DNA from: Patescibacteria group bacterium
GTDB lineage: Bacteria; Patescibacteriota; Doudnabacteria; UBA920
Reading direction: 5' to 3'
Assembly: GCA_013387205.1 (NCBI GenBank)
Contig: WARV01000009.1
Span: 667 to 64,666 of the forward strand
Length of the DNA stretch: 64,000 nucleotides
The notes beneath the pieces were generated by a model. It made no database searches, was not told the origin of the DNA, and saw only the letters and a list, made by a program, of their open reading frames with translations. This document shows, piece after piece, positions 1-9,786 of this stretch; within the stretch, counting starts at the first letter, position 1, and the number at the start of each line of letters is the position of its first letter. The translations under genes were made by a program, and so were the position numbers.

Positions 1-2598
1 CAGCTAAATGAAAATGCAAATGTAAAAAATAATATACTAACCATAGCAGCCAATCTGCCGGTAAATAACAGGGTGATGCTGCTTGATCGACTAAAGGATT
101 TAATAATTGCCAAACATCAAGACTTTATTTTTTTATCTGCATGTACTTTAATTAAATCTTTGGCAGATGATGGAGAAATTGATGCTGCGCTGGACCTCTC
201 TAAAATATTTCTTGGATTTGTTATGACTCCAGAAAGGGAAATCTCTGTTGGAGAAGGCGAAGTAATTAAGAGATCACCAGAACCGGAAAGTAGGCTCAAC
301 CAGTGGCACTATGCGGAATTTATGCGCAAGGTTTTGCCAGCATTACTAAGGGCAAACCCAGAAAAAACTCTTACAGCTTTAAGTGACCTACTTTGCGATT
401 TTCTCGAGCTTACTTATAAAGATCGGACCGAAAACAGCTACGAAGATTTTCTTTCTATTTCAGTACAAGCTCTAGGAGATCCATCTGAGGGTTTTGGCTA
501 CGAGAGTGTGGAATCAATCTTGGTTTTAGCAATACGAGATTCAGCGTTACGCGTAGTAAATAATCCTGCTAGGATTAAAACTGTTTTAGCTGATTTTGAA
601 AGAAGGCAATGGACAATTTTCCGTCGACTAAGCATGTATGTCTTGAGCCGATTCCTTGAATTTGAGCCAGAAGACATCGCGAAATATTTAACCAATGAGG
701 CCGTCTTAGATGACCAGAATTTTCAGAACGAGTATGCCCAGTTAGCCAAAAAAGGTTTCAAATTTTTAAACGCTGAACAAAAAGATAAAGTTTTTCAGAT
801 GATTGAAGAAGCTAAAAGTATTAAAGATCGAATTGCTGGCACTAAGGAAAAAATTGATGAAACTGTTGCAGCAAATATTGTTGAGTCTTGGCAGCGCGAC
901 AAGTTATCTTACTTTGAAGAGAATCTTTCCCCAGAGTGGCGAAGCCGTTTTGATGATCTACTGGCTAAGCATGGCCAGCCTGACAATCCCGATCGTCCAT
1001 ATCAAGTACACAGCTTTAGTGGGCCTACCAGTGATATAACTGTTGGGGATATTTTGAAAATGGATACAACAACCCTTTTCGCTGCTCTCAAATCTTGGGA
1101 GCCAAAATCTGACCGACATGGATTTGGTCCTACAAAAGAAGGTTTGGGCAGAGAGCTTTCGGCTGCAGTAAAGAAGGAACCGGAAAAGTTTAATAAAGTT
1201 GCTGAACAATTTCAAGAATTGGACCCAACTTATGTACGAGCTTATCTTCAAGCGTTCGATGAACTTGTAAGAAATAAAACCAATATAGACTGGGCACCAA
1301 TTTTAAATTTATGCGAGTGGATAGTGAAACAACCTCGTGAGATACCAAATCGACAAGGAGAAATAATGGATCAAGATCCACATTGGGGATGGGCAAGGCG
1401 AACCGTCGTTTCTTTGATTTCAAGTGGGCTAAATCATAATTTGATTCCCTTTGAGCTCAGGGAGAAAGTTTGGGCTATTGTTGAACCACTAACTACAGAC
1501 CCAAGTCCGACTCCTGAAGAAGAAAAGAAAAAAGATGGGGACTTAGTTGATGACCCTTATGGTTTGGCTATTAACACAGTACGAGGAGAAGCAATTGGAG
1601 CTACAGTAGAATATGCTCTTTGGGTTTACCGCAATATGGAAAAAACCGAGGAAGGCAAGGAGTCACTAAAACAGGGATTTAGCATGATGCCTGAAGTTGG
1701 GAAAGTTTTGGAATATCATCTGGACCCTAAAAATGATTCTTCGGTAGCTATAAGGTCTGTATACGGACGATATTTTCCGTGGATTTTGCTTATGGATCGG
1801 GTCTGGACACTTAAACACATTCCTTACTTATTTCCGCCCGGAGACTTTGACAACCCTTTGTATGCTGGCGCATGGAATTCTTATTTGATCCACGGCCAAG
1901 CTTATAACGAGCCGATGAAAGCGCTGGTTGCGCAGTATAAAGAAGCATTGCAAAATTTAGGGAAAGTAAAACAAGATTCAAGGACGGACAGAGACAAAAG
2001 GTTGGTTCAGCAACTGATGATTTTCTATTGGAGAGGTCTTTTGACAGATGCCGATGATTTAATCACCTCGTTTTGGGATTCTGCTCCAGCAAAATTCCGG
2101 GGCGAAGCATTGGATTTTATCGGTCGAAGTTTGCGTAGCGACACAGATGAGCTAGAACCTAAAGTGCAAGAACTTCTAAAAAACCTGTGGGAGAGGCGTA
2201 TAACTTTAGCAGAAGCGGCGGTTGATAAGAACGAGTTTGCTGAAGAGGCGTCCGCTTTTGGTTGGTGGTTTGCGTCCGGTAAATTTGATCTTGCATGGAG
2301 CTGCGAACAATATTTAAGAGCTCTTGAGATTGGGACGAAGATTCAGTCGGACTATTTTGTTGCAGAGAAACTTGTTGAAACTGTAAAAACATTACCTCTT
2401 CAGGCGGTAAGGATTCTGACTAAGTTAGTAAAAAATGAGGAACCAAAGTGGTTTATCTTCGGAAACAAAGATCAAATCACTCAGGTTCTGTCTGCGGCTT
2501 TAGCTAGCTCAGATGCAGTTGCGCAGCAGGAAGCTCGCGATTTAGTCGGTCGTTTAGTCGCTAAGGGATATACTGAATTTAGTGATTTACTAAAATAA
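1..2598 (+). CDS. Large alpha-helical hypothetical protein, 5'-truncated by window edge (C-terminal part of a probable defence-associated protein)
   Basis: Frame is open from position 1; >860 aa, helical-repeat-like composition; lies in a mobile-element-like region. Confidence 0.75.
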   Translation, partial: QLNENANVKNNILTIAANLPVNNRVMLLDRLKDLIIAKHQDFIFLSACTLIKSLADDGEIDAALDLSKIFLGFVMTPEREISVGEGEVIKRSPEPESRLNQWHYAEFMRKVLPALLRANPEKTLTALSDLLCDFLELTYKDRTENSYEDFLSISVQALGDPSEGFGYESVESILVLAIRDSALRVVNNPARIKTVLADFERRQWTIFRRLSMYVLSRFLEFEPEDIAKYLTNEAVLDDQNFQNEYAQLAKKGFKFLNAEQKDKVFQMIEEAKSIKDRIAGTKEKIDETVAANIVESWQRDKLSYFEENLSPEWRSRFDDLLAKHGQPDNPDRPYQVHSFSGPTSDITVGDILKMDTTTLFAALKSWEPKSDRHGFGPTKEGLGRELSAAVKKEPEKFNKVAEQFQELDPTYVRAYLQAFDELVRNKTNIDWAPILNLCEWIVKQPREIPNRQGEIMDQDPHWGWARRTVVSLISSGLNHNLIPFELREKVWAIVEPLTTDPSPTPEEEKKKDGDLVDDPYGLAINTVRGEAIGATVEYALWVYRNMEKTEEGKESLKQGFSMMPEVGKVLEYHLDPKNDSSVAIRSVYGRYFPWILLMDRVWTLKHIPYLFPPGDFDNPLYAGAWNSYLIHGQAYNEPMKALVAQYKEALQNLGKVKQDSRTDRDKRLVQQLMIFYWRGLLTDADDLITSFWDSAPAKFRGEALDFIGRSLRSDTDELEPKVQELLKNLWERRITLAEAAVDKNEFAEEASAFGWWFASGKFDLAWSCEQYLRALEIGTKIQSDYFVAEKLVETVKTLPLQAVRILTKLVKNEEPKWFIFGNKDQITQVLSAALASSDAVAQQEARDLVGRLVAKGYTEFSDLLK

Positions 2599-2611
2599 GG
2601 AAAGTGCCAAA

Positions 2612-3190
2612 ATGTTACCTACAAATCACTCACCTAAACTTTTTTACAATTTTGATTTAAAAAGGATACCTCAATTTGATGGTGATTTTTATTATGATGT
2701 TTTTGAAATAAATCAAACTTGGCACGACATAGAATACTTGAACTTCTTATTTCACAAATCATTTGGGCAAATGGCAAGTGAAACGAATAACCAAGAGCAA
2801 ATCATGTTGTTCCAATCTTCCAAAATTCTCAGTTCATATTTTTATATCCATTTGGAGATAATCAGAAAAATTTTCGAAGTGAAACTTCTTCGAAAAATTT
2901 CTGATCCGAAATTTAAAAGCCTGTTTAACACTTTTGGAGATAAATTTTGGGACTCTATAGCAATTGCAAGAAATAATATTCTGATCCATAAGGAAAAACC
3001 CAATTATATAAAGAAGCAGTTAACAGTGGAAGGAACTGACCCAGAGTCGTTTATTGTAATAGAAATTAATTACAAAGATCCCTCAGGTAAACTGCAAAAG
3101 ATAGCTTTGCGTCCACTTCAAGATATTGCAATGGCTCAAAAATTTTTGTCTGAGTTTCAAAACCTATTTAATGCAACTTCATTTAATTAG
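2612..3190 (+). CDS. Hypothetical protein, possible HEPN-like RNase
   Basis: 192 aa, AT-rich, R-x5-H motif (ARNNILIH). Confidence 0.6.
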   Translation: MLPTNHSPKLFYNFDLKRIPQFDGDFYYDVFEINQTWHDIEYLNFLFHKSFGQMASETNNQEQIMLFQSSKILSSYFYIHLEIIRKIFEVKLLRKISDPKFKSLFNTFGDKFWDSIAIARNNILIHKEKPNYIKKQLTVEGTDPESFIVIEINYKDPSGKLQKIALRPLQDIAMAQKFLSEFQNLFNATSFN

Positions 3191-3197
3191 GCCTAGT

Positions 3198-3704
3198 TTA
3201 AAGTCCTAATAATTGTTTTTTCTTTGCGGTAAATTCTGCTTCTGTAATAATACCTTTGTCTTTTAATGTAGCTAACTGCTCTAGTTCAGAAACATTACCG
3301 CCGTTAGACTTTTTACCACTCCTTAATTCTTCTATTGCTTGTTGCCATGGGGCAAAGTAGTTTGCTTGCACCCTGGCAAGCTCACCCATGGCAAGTGAGC
3401 TGTTAAACAGAGAGAAGTACATAAAGTGTGCCGTTTGTTCTTTGCCTTCTGCTCTATAAGTGACATACATATCGCTGGCTGTACTTGCGCCCTTTGCGGT
3501 CCTGACATTAATAATATCTTTAACAGGGATAGAAACAAGTTTTTTACTTTTTCTATCTTGGTGATATAATTCTGTGGTAGTTAGAACTAGCTCTCCTCTG
3601 GTATTTGAGAAGAAACTTTTTTTATACTGAATCTTACCTTCTTTTTTGATGATGTTTTCTTGGTCCATTGGAATAAATATTCTTTCCGCCGGCGTAGATA
3701 ACAC
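3198..3704 (-). CDS. SHOCT domain-containing protein (start may be the downstream Met, MDQEN)
   Basis: C-terminal ELEQLATLKDKGIITEAEFTAKKKQLL is a typical SHOCT motif. Confidence 0.85.
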   Translation of the reverse strand: MLSTPAERIFIPMDQENIIKKEGKIQYKKSFFSNTRGELVLTTTELYHQDRKSKKLVSIPVKDIINVRTAKGASTASDMYVTYRAEGKEQTAHFMYFSLFNSSLAMGELARVQANYFAPWQQAIEELRSGKKSNGGNVSELEQLATLKDKGIITEAEFTAKKKQLLGL

Positions 3705-3932
3705 AAGGCCCCACGCCAGCTGGACCTTGCGGTCCCATACCAGTTTCCCGGTATGGCTCGTGAAAGCGCTGGACGTAGGGTCCAGTATCTTTCACGAGTC
3801 TTTTTCACCATGCCAGCGGTTGCCCGCTGGTTTAGGCTACTTTTATAAATTGTTAATGTAATTATACCACTTAATTGTAAGGTTTTAAAGCTCCTTTCTG
3901 CCCTTTGGGCAATGTAGACAGTACCGCAAGGT

Positions 3933-4442
3933 TCAAGATAAGTCCAGGTTGTTTTCGGGTTCATCATTATCATCCGGAAGAGCCCCTGAAATTTGATTTA
4001 AATCTGGCCTGTTCTTTCGGTAAGCAAAAACGTAATTTATCGCTCTATCTATCGACTCTTTTTGTTCTGGTGTCAGTTCAGGGTCGTTAGCCACTTGCTT
4101 TAACAAATAATCGTAATGCTGCCTTTCTTTCTGGCCGAGCGGTACCATATACACGCTGCGCTTTTGAATGTAGCGAGGGTCGTTGTTAGAAAGAAAATAT
4201 TTAATAGCGCCAAAATTACCTTCTCTAATTAACTTCATTAAGGCAGCTTCTGCAATATCAATATATTGGTTTCGGCCAAGCTCAAGAGCCACTTCAGCAT
4301 CTTGTCTGAACTTTTTGTTATCTCTAATCCAGCGATAGAATGTCGCCCTGGCTACTCCGACTTTTTTACAAGCAAAACTTACATTGGGGCTATCAGCAAG
4401 GATTTTAAGTAGTTCGGATTTTTCACGACTACGTCTCGCCAT
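3933..4442 (-). CDS. Phage-type HTH protein (terminase small subunit-like)
   Basis: NVSFACKKVGVARATFYRW HTH followed by IDIAEAALMKLI...AIKYFL; overlaps the methyltransferase gene end. Confidence 0.7.
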   Translation of the reverse strand: MARRSREKSELLKILADSPNVSFACKKVGVARATFYRWIRDNKKFRQDAEVALELGRNQYIDIAEAALMKLIREGNFGAIKYFLSNNDPRYIQKRSVYMVPLGQKERQHYDYLLKQVANDPELTPEQKESIDRAINYVFAYRKNRPDLNQISGALPDDNDEPENNLDLS

Positions 4443-5823
4443 AAATCTTCACACGCTTTTTGCCAGTGAACTTCTCCCAGCGGTTCATAATAACCTCGGC
4501 GTAGACCGGCGACTTTTCCATAATAAAGCAGCGTCGACCTATGGCTGTTGAGGCGATTAAAGTTGAGCCACTGCCACCGAACGGCTCGAGCACTAATTGG
4601 TTGCGCTTGGTTAAAACTTTGATGTATGGAATAAGAATTTCGATTGGCTTAACCCCAAAGATAATTCCTTGGCCGGAGGATTTTTCGTCTGCGGCATTAA
4701 ATTCAATGAAGTCCGTCGGGCAGTATTTGTTGCCTTTGTTATAACCTTCCCACTGCGGTTTTCCCTGAATAGCAAACAGGGCTGTTTGATATTCATTTTC
4801 TACTAATTCATCTTCTGGTTCTAAGTCTACGCCTAAATGATTCTGGCTGGTGCCGACCATGGCGATGTCGTGCTTGGAGAAAAATTTAAGTTTTGCGGCA
4901 TAGCCTTGGTTACGGTTAGGAAGATGCCAAACCAACATATTGCGGACTTTCCAATGCTGTTCCATGCTGCCCCAAATTTCCCGGAGGTTTTTCCAGTTTT
5001 CATAAACGATAATGGAAAAGTCTTTGTTCTGTACTTTGGCAACATTGTTCATCCAAAGCTCGGTAAAATCTTCCGGCAGACTTTCGGTTTCCAAGTAGCG
5101 GCGATTTTTCTTGGCACCAAAGCCAGTGGTAGATTCACCATTCCTGGTTTTGCCTTTTAAATAATCTAAGCGATACGGAGGGTCAGTCATGACCATGTCA
5201 ATTTTTTGGTCGCCAACTAGCGAAAGCATATCAGCTTCAATGGTGCTGTCACCGCATTTTAATCTTGATCCATCGAGATCATAAATGTCTCCTTTTTTAA
5301 CGGTAATAGTTTCAATTTGGAGTTTCTCTAATTCTTTTTCTAAGTCAAATTGTGTTTCGACTTTTTCCTCCTCAAAGATTTTATCTAAATCTTCCGAGCC
5401 AAACCCGACGTCCGCTAAAAAGCTTTCGTCATAGGCAGCCAGCAAGTCAAAGTCGAACTCACCTTGATTTTTGTTGAGCCTTAAGTTAAGTTCCTTTTCT
5501 TTGTCCAAATCTGGAATGGAAATGAACACTACTGGCACTTGGTCGTAGCCAAGTTGCTTCATCACTTCAAGACGGAAGTGACCACCGATGACAACATTCT
5601 CACGGCCAGGTGCATTGTTGACCACTAATGGGTCAACGACGCCAAATCGTTTTAAAGATTCTTTTAATTGTTCCTCCGCAGTCTTGTCGTGTTTGCGGGG
5701 ATTATACTCAGCCGGTTTAAGTCCGGTAACTGGCACATACTTGATGTGCAACTGCAAGTTGTCTTGCATATGTATTTTTATTTCTGAGCCAAAAGGCTCG
5801 TTATTAATAAAACGCCCAGGCAC
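4429..5823 (-). CDS. ParB-N-terminal domain + N6/N4 DNA methyltransferase (phage/ICE type); start probably at MQDNL
   Basis: LKPAEYNPRK...GGHFRL ParB motif; DPPY catalytic motif; EPFGGSGST SAM-binding motif. Confidence 0.9.
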   Translation of the reverse strand: MPGRFINNEPFGSEIKIHMQDNLQLHIKYVPVTGLKPAEYNPRKHDKTAEEQLKESLKRFGVVDPLVVNNAPGRENVVIGGHFRLEVMKQLGYDQVPVVFISIPDLDKEKELNLRLNKNQGEFDFDLLAAYDESFLADVGFGSEDLDKIFEEEKVETQFDLEKELEKLQIETITVKKGDIYDLDGSRLKCGDSTIEADMLSLVGDQKIDMVMTDPPYRLDYLKGKTRNGESTTGFGAKKNRRYLETESLPEDFTELWMNNVAKVQNKDFSIIVYENWKNLREIWGSMEQHWKVRNMLVWHLPNRNQGYAAKLKFFSKHDIAMVGTSQNHLGVDLEPEDELVENEYQTALFAIQGKPQWEGYNKGNKYCPTDFIEFNAADEKSSGQGIIFGVKPIEILIPYIKVLTKRNQLVLEPFGGSGSTLIASTAIGRRCFIMEKSPVYAEVIMNRWEKFTGKKRVKIYGET

Positions 5824-5909
5824 TCACCACACTTTTGTGTGATAGATGCCTGGGCGTTCCAGGTCTAAGCTCGATTTAGTTTTTTACTTTACTTATTTTG
5901 CTGCTACTC

Positions 5910-6206
5910 CTAAGTTAAACGTAACGTAATCATCGGGGGAGATGACTTAGGTACCAGGGTAACGTATGGCCATTTAAAATTACAGAACGGGCAAGTGGTG
6001 TACGTAACGCTGCTGCAAGAAGCTTGAAATTCTAAATCCACATTAAAAGATTTACCGAATTTATCTTTGCGAATACGAAAACTATGGCTGCTAGTTTTCT
6101 GCAGTACAATCTCTGCGCAGTCCGGACACCTGACTAATGTTTTTTCCTGATATTGGTTTTTCATTTTGTTTCTATTTCCGTTGACTCTATATATACATAT
6201 TATCAT
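5910..6206 (-). CDS. Small zinc-finger hypothetical protein
   Basis: CPDC...CPFC pairs; co-oriented upstream of the methyltransferase. Confidence 0.55.
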   Translation of the reverse strand: MIICIYRVNGNRNKMKNQYQEKTLVRCPDCAEIVLQKTSSHSFRIRKDKFGKSFNVDLEFQASCSSVTYTTCPFCNFKWPYVTLVPKSSPPMITLRLT

Positions 6207-6518
6207 TAAACCAAAGATAAATAATTTTAATTCAAAATACTCTGGTTTTTTCTATGTGGCTGCAAACAGCTTTTTATGCGGTTTGTGACCGTATATGGCG
6301 TTTACAAAACCGTATCGTGGTGGTTTGTAAGCCCTTTTATGGGGTTTGGGTATTTTATACAAATCTTCAATTTATTGGGGTTTTTGAATTATTCAGCTAT
6401 CTAGCATAACCTGCTTATCCACAAAAATAATCCCAAATCGTATGGCCTTAGGAGTGTCTCATTTGTCTCATGCTCAATTAGCTTATGAGTATAATAGCTG
6501 CTAGAATATAAGGGAAAT

Positions 6519-7024
6519 ATGAAAACTACTCTTGAAAAATCAAAGGTTGCTGCTCTTTTAATATCTATAGCTGTCTTATTTGTGTTTTTTTGGGACACTA
6601 TTACTTTGGTAGCCACTTCATAAAGTACCTTTGGGTTTTCGACGGTGTATTATTTACCTTCCTGCTGTTTGTCATTATGGCTATCACTGGGTTTTTCATT
6701 CTAAACGCTCTGTTCTTAGTTGCTGCTGAATTGTCTTTGCTGATATTCTTAGCCCAAGCCTATTGCGCAGTCCCGCAACGTACAGCGCAGGCAGACCTGG
6801 CTTTAAAAACTTTGGTTGTTGCTGGACTCATTTATATTGCCGCAAAGTTCATTTATGAGTTCCGTAATAAAGCTCAAGATAAGTTAAAGGCTATTCAAAA
6901 AGAAAAGTGGTCAAAAGAAAAAGTTTTCTTTGTTGTCTGTTTTGCAGTTTTTACAGTATGGTTTATTTGGCAGATTTGCTTAGTCATGTCGCCAATTGTG
7001 TCCGACTTGTGTGTTTTCCGGTAG
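6519..7024 (+). pseudogene. Membrane protein frameshifted at a T7 run
   Basis: ATG at 6519 gives MKTTLEKSKVAALLISIAVLFVFF; one extra T in the run at 6585-6591 would join it to ORF 6590-7024 (multi-TM). Confidence 0.6.
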
Positions 7025-7093
7025 TGGGGAGCGTATAGCTATTTTTTTCAACAAAACCAAAACGGCTTCTTAAAATCCTCCAGCACCATTTCT

Positions 7094-8050
7094 ATGGTAG
7101 AAGTTATAACAAAAACCCAAAATACTGAAAGAACCTTTGAAATCCTTCAAGGTTCGCTCTGGTGCTCCAAACCTACTGCGAAGGTTGTTGATTCAGGACA
7201 TGGAGCAGGTGTCGACCAGCGTATTTTCGCAGGCCAAATACTCGACGCTGATACCAACTTGACCTACATGAATGCGAGATACTACGAGGGGAACCGTGGA
7301 CAGTTCCTTTCACAAGATCCGTCGTTCTTAGCAATAGGTGATCCTGTAAAATTCAAAGCTTTGACTGGACAAGACATGATTGATCAGTTGTCTGACCCGC
7401 AGCAGCTAAATTCATATTCATATGCAAGGAATAATCCTTTAAGGTATAATGATCCTACTGGTAATATAAATTGGGATACATTATGGCACCCCTCACAGTA
7501 TCCATCTGTATTAGGCCAAGCAGGTATATGGTATGGAGCTTCTCTTGGATTTAATGTAACTGGTCACCCATTAACAGGAGCTTTGATGCAGCATTCGCTT
7601 ACAGTAGGTCCGAGGGATGTAAATATTAACCAACAAAATCAAAAGTCCTGGGGTAATGCAATTACCCAAATCCAAAATTCTTCTGATTTCACTAATGCCT
7701 TGAACGGTTATTTGTCCACAGACGGTAAAAATGGATCTATTAATCAAACTTATGATGCGTTACAAGGAAGTGTTGTGTTCAATAGCGGTGATTTGAAAAC
7801 AGGTGTACATGGTACCTATTCTACTGCGGTTCAAGGAACTCAAAATCAAGACGGTACTTGGAATTTAAATGTTGCTATCACTGATAGATATGATTATACT
7901 TATCAGAATTATAATGGGGGCGAGGGTGGCAAGACATTAACTGGCGCTAACAATGCAGCAAACTTTAGTCAGAACCAGGGAGTTATTAGCAACTATGGCG
8001 TGACTTTCTCAATAAGTATGCCAAATTATAATCCAAATAAGAAAAAATAA
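7094..8050 (+). CDS. Orphan RHS-core fragment with C-terminal polymorphic toxin-like domain
   Basis: FAGQILDADTNLTYMNARYY...FLSQDP...LNSYSYARNNPLRYNDPTG RHS core end (PxxxxDPxG) followed by a variable C-terminus; no YD-repeat body. Confidence 0.85.
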   Translation: MVEVITKTQNTERTFEILQGSLWCSKPTAKVVDSGHGAGVDQRIFAGQILDADTNLTYMNARYYEGNRGQFLSQDPSFLAIGDPVKFKALTGQDMIDQLSDPQQLNSYSYARNNPLRYNDPTGNINWDTLWHPSQYPSVLGQAGIWYGASLGFNVTGHPLTGALMQHSLTVGPRDVNINQQNQKSWGNAITQIQNSSDFTNALNGYLSTDGKNGSINQTYDALQGSVVFNSGDLKTGVHGTYSTAVQGTQNQDGTWNLNVAITDRYDYTYQNYNGGEGGKTLTGANNAANFSQNQGVISNYGVTFSISMPNYNPNKKK

Positions 8051-8052
8051 TT

Positions 8053-8526
8053 ATGAAAAAAATAACTAAATATATAATTGGCGGATTGTGTGTACTTGTG
8101 TTAGTTGGAGCAATTTACTTTTTTAGTTTGATTGCTAAGGATGGATTTGGACCAGGTTCGGCAGACTATACTTATAAAATAGCAGGCAGTTGTAACTTAA
8201 CCAGATCCAGTGCTCACGTAGTAGTTATAGGATGTAGTGGAGTAGGGGTTCCCCCAGAAATTATAGAAACTGGGTGGAATGATAGTTATTTACTCGCAGT
8301 AAATAACCCGATCAAAGGTTATCCGAACACTTATTCTGATCCGGATCCATCAGTTAAAAATTGGTGGATAGTAGATTTAAAGAATAAAAAGGCTTACGGT
8401 CCGATGATGACAGAATATGAATTTAATCAGAAAAAAGCATCTTTGGGTATAACAGATATACAGTTAATGCCGATTGAACAGGCAAAAACAAAAGGTACTT
8501 GGGTTAATGGAGACTTCAAGAACTAA
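8053..8526 (+). CDS. Putative immunity protein (DUF3997-like, N-terminal TM)
   Basis: Starts 2 nt after the RHS-CT stop; GPGSADYTYKI...WWIVDLKNKKAYGPM. Confidence 0.65.
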   Translation: MKKITKYIIGGLCVLVLVGAIYFFSLIAKDGFGPGSADYTYKIAGSCNLTRSSAHVVVIGCSGVGVPPEIIETGWNDSYLLAVNNPIKGYPNTYSDPDPSVKNWWIVDLKNKKAYGPMMTEYEFNQKKASLGITDIQLMPIEQAKTKGTWVNGDFKN

Positions 8527-8560
8527 CTAAAAGAGAGCTCATATGAGCTCTCTTTTAGTT
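8525..8560 (+). terminator. Perfect-palindrome terminator
   Basis: aactaaaagagagctcatatgagctctcttttagtt followed by a T run. Confidence 0.7.
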
Positions 8561-8753
8561 TTTGATGTTTAGCTGGATGTATTTCCAACCTGCGAAAATA
8601 ATCTTACATCTTTCATCTTCCTTTTGCTTTCCCCGACTAAGTTATTAAACTGGAGAAGGCTAATGATGTCACAAGGGGAACCCTGTATCTGATACAGGGT
8701 TCCCCTTGTTTGATAATCGCTTGATTCTTGCTACTTACTACTTGCTACCAGTT

Positions 8754-9611
8754 TCAGTGTTCATGCGGCGGGCAGGCGGTGGTTTCCACTTCAATGGTCG
8801 AGTGGTTTATTTTGAATTTATCTTGCAGGTTCTGCTTAATCTCTTTTACGATTTGCAGGTTTTTTTCCGTGTCGAAAACTTTGGGCACCATATGGCACAC
8901 TAAAGCAGTAGCTTTGGAAGAAATTGTCCAAACGTGCAAATCGTGCAGGCTTAAAACATCCGGGTGCGACAGGATTTGGGCCTGGATATCGCCCAGGTTA
9001 ATTTCTTCAGGTACGCCTTCCAGCAAAACGTGCAGGGCTTTGTTTAATATCTCCCAGCTGGAAAACAGCAGCATGGCACCAATAATGATGCTGATAAAAG
9101 GGTCTACTATGGTTTTTCCGGTAAAGTAAATGATGCCGCCGGCAACAAGTGCGCCAATAGAAGCGATTACGTCATTAGCCATATTCAAATACGCGCTCCT
9201 GACGTTAAGATCGCTGCGGTCTTTGTAAAATATCAGCGCCACGGCTCCGTTGACTAAAATTCCAAAAGACGCCACTATCATTACCCAGCTTCCTTCCACT
9301 CCCTGCGGATGGAGGATTCTCTGGTAAGCCTGGTAAAAAATATACAGGGCGGCAAAAATCAAAATCAGGCTGTTTATGAAAGCCGCGATTATCGTAATTT
9401 TGCCATAGCCGTAAGTGTGCTCGTGCGTGGCCCGCCGCTTGGAAATTTTTTGCGCCGTAAAGGAAACCACGAGGCTCAAAGAGTCGGTTAAATTATGCCC
9501 GGCATCCGAGACCAGGGCCAAGCTGCCGCTGATTATTCCGGTGATAAGTTCAAAAATCGCAAAAGAAGTGTTTAGTACCAAACTGGCTTTAAATTTTGTT
9601 TCCAATTTCAT
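8754..9611 (-). CDS. czcD: Cation diffusion facilitator (Zn/Co/Cd efflux)
   Basis: SLALVSDAGHNLTD, HTYGY, SAYLN..D, HDLHVW, HSTIEVE motifs; start moved to MKLETK because the upstream extension lies in a repeat. Confidence 0.9.
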   Translation of the reverse strand: MKLETKFKASLVLNTSFAIFELITGIISGSLALVSDAGHNLTDSLSLVVSFTAQKISKRRATHEHTYGYGKITIIAAFINSLILIFAALYIFYQAYQRILHPQGVEGSWVMIVASFGILVNGAVALIFYKDRSDLNVRSAYLNMANDVIASIGALVAGGIIYFTGKTIVDPFISIIIGAMLLFSSWEILNKALHVLLEGVPEEINLGDIQAQILSHPDVLSLHDLHVWTISSKATALVCHMVPKVFDTEKNLQIVKEIKQNLQDKFKINHSTIEVETTACPPHEH

Positions 9612-9620
9612 AAATAGTTG

Positions 9621-9786
9621 TAGAAGTAATCTCGAAATCTCATTTTGGCTGCAATCCCAGAATTTTAGCCATTCGGCCAAAAATTTTTCTCAGCTTAGCT
9701 TCCAGCTAAACATCAAAAAATATTTTGCCCGACTGTCATAAAATTTTGGAATTTCGCCTGAAAAGCAGCTTTCGAAACTACTTCAA
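9621..9786 (+). repeat. Long-hairpin MITE-like element, copy 1
   Basis: TAGAAGTA...TACTTC termini; conserved GGCTGCAA / TTCGCCTGAAAAGCA and GCTTAGC-loop-GCTAAAC. Confidence 0.85.

Noticed and set aside
8672-8708. Palindromes at 8672, 19889, 24002 and 55659 as a new repeat family
   Set aside because: Each lies at a gene 3' end and is adequately explained as a terminator; only a caagggg end is shared by two.
9612-9680. N-terminal extensions of czcD, SPW (15465-15524), cupin (24446-24523) and mscL (19735-20004) in the ORF track
   Set aside because: They run through repeat elements or the upstream gene; family alignments begin at the downstream Met.
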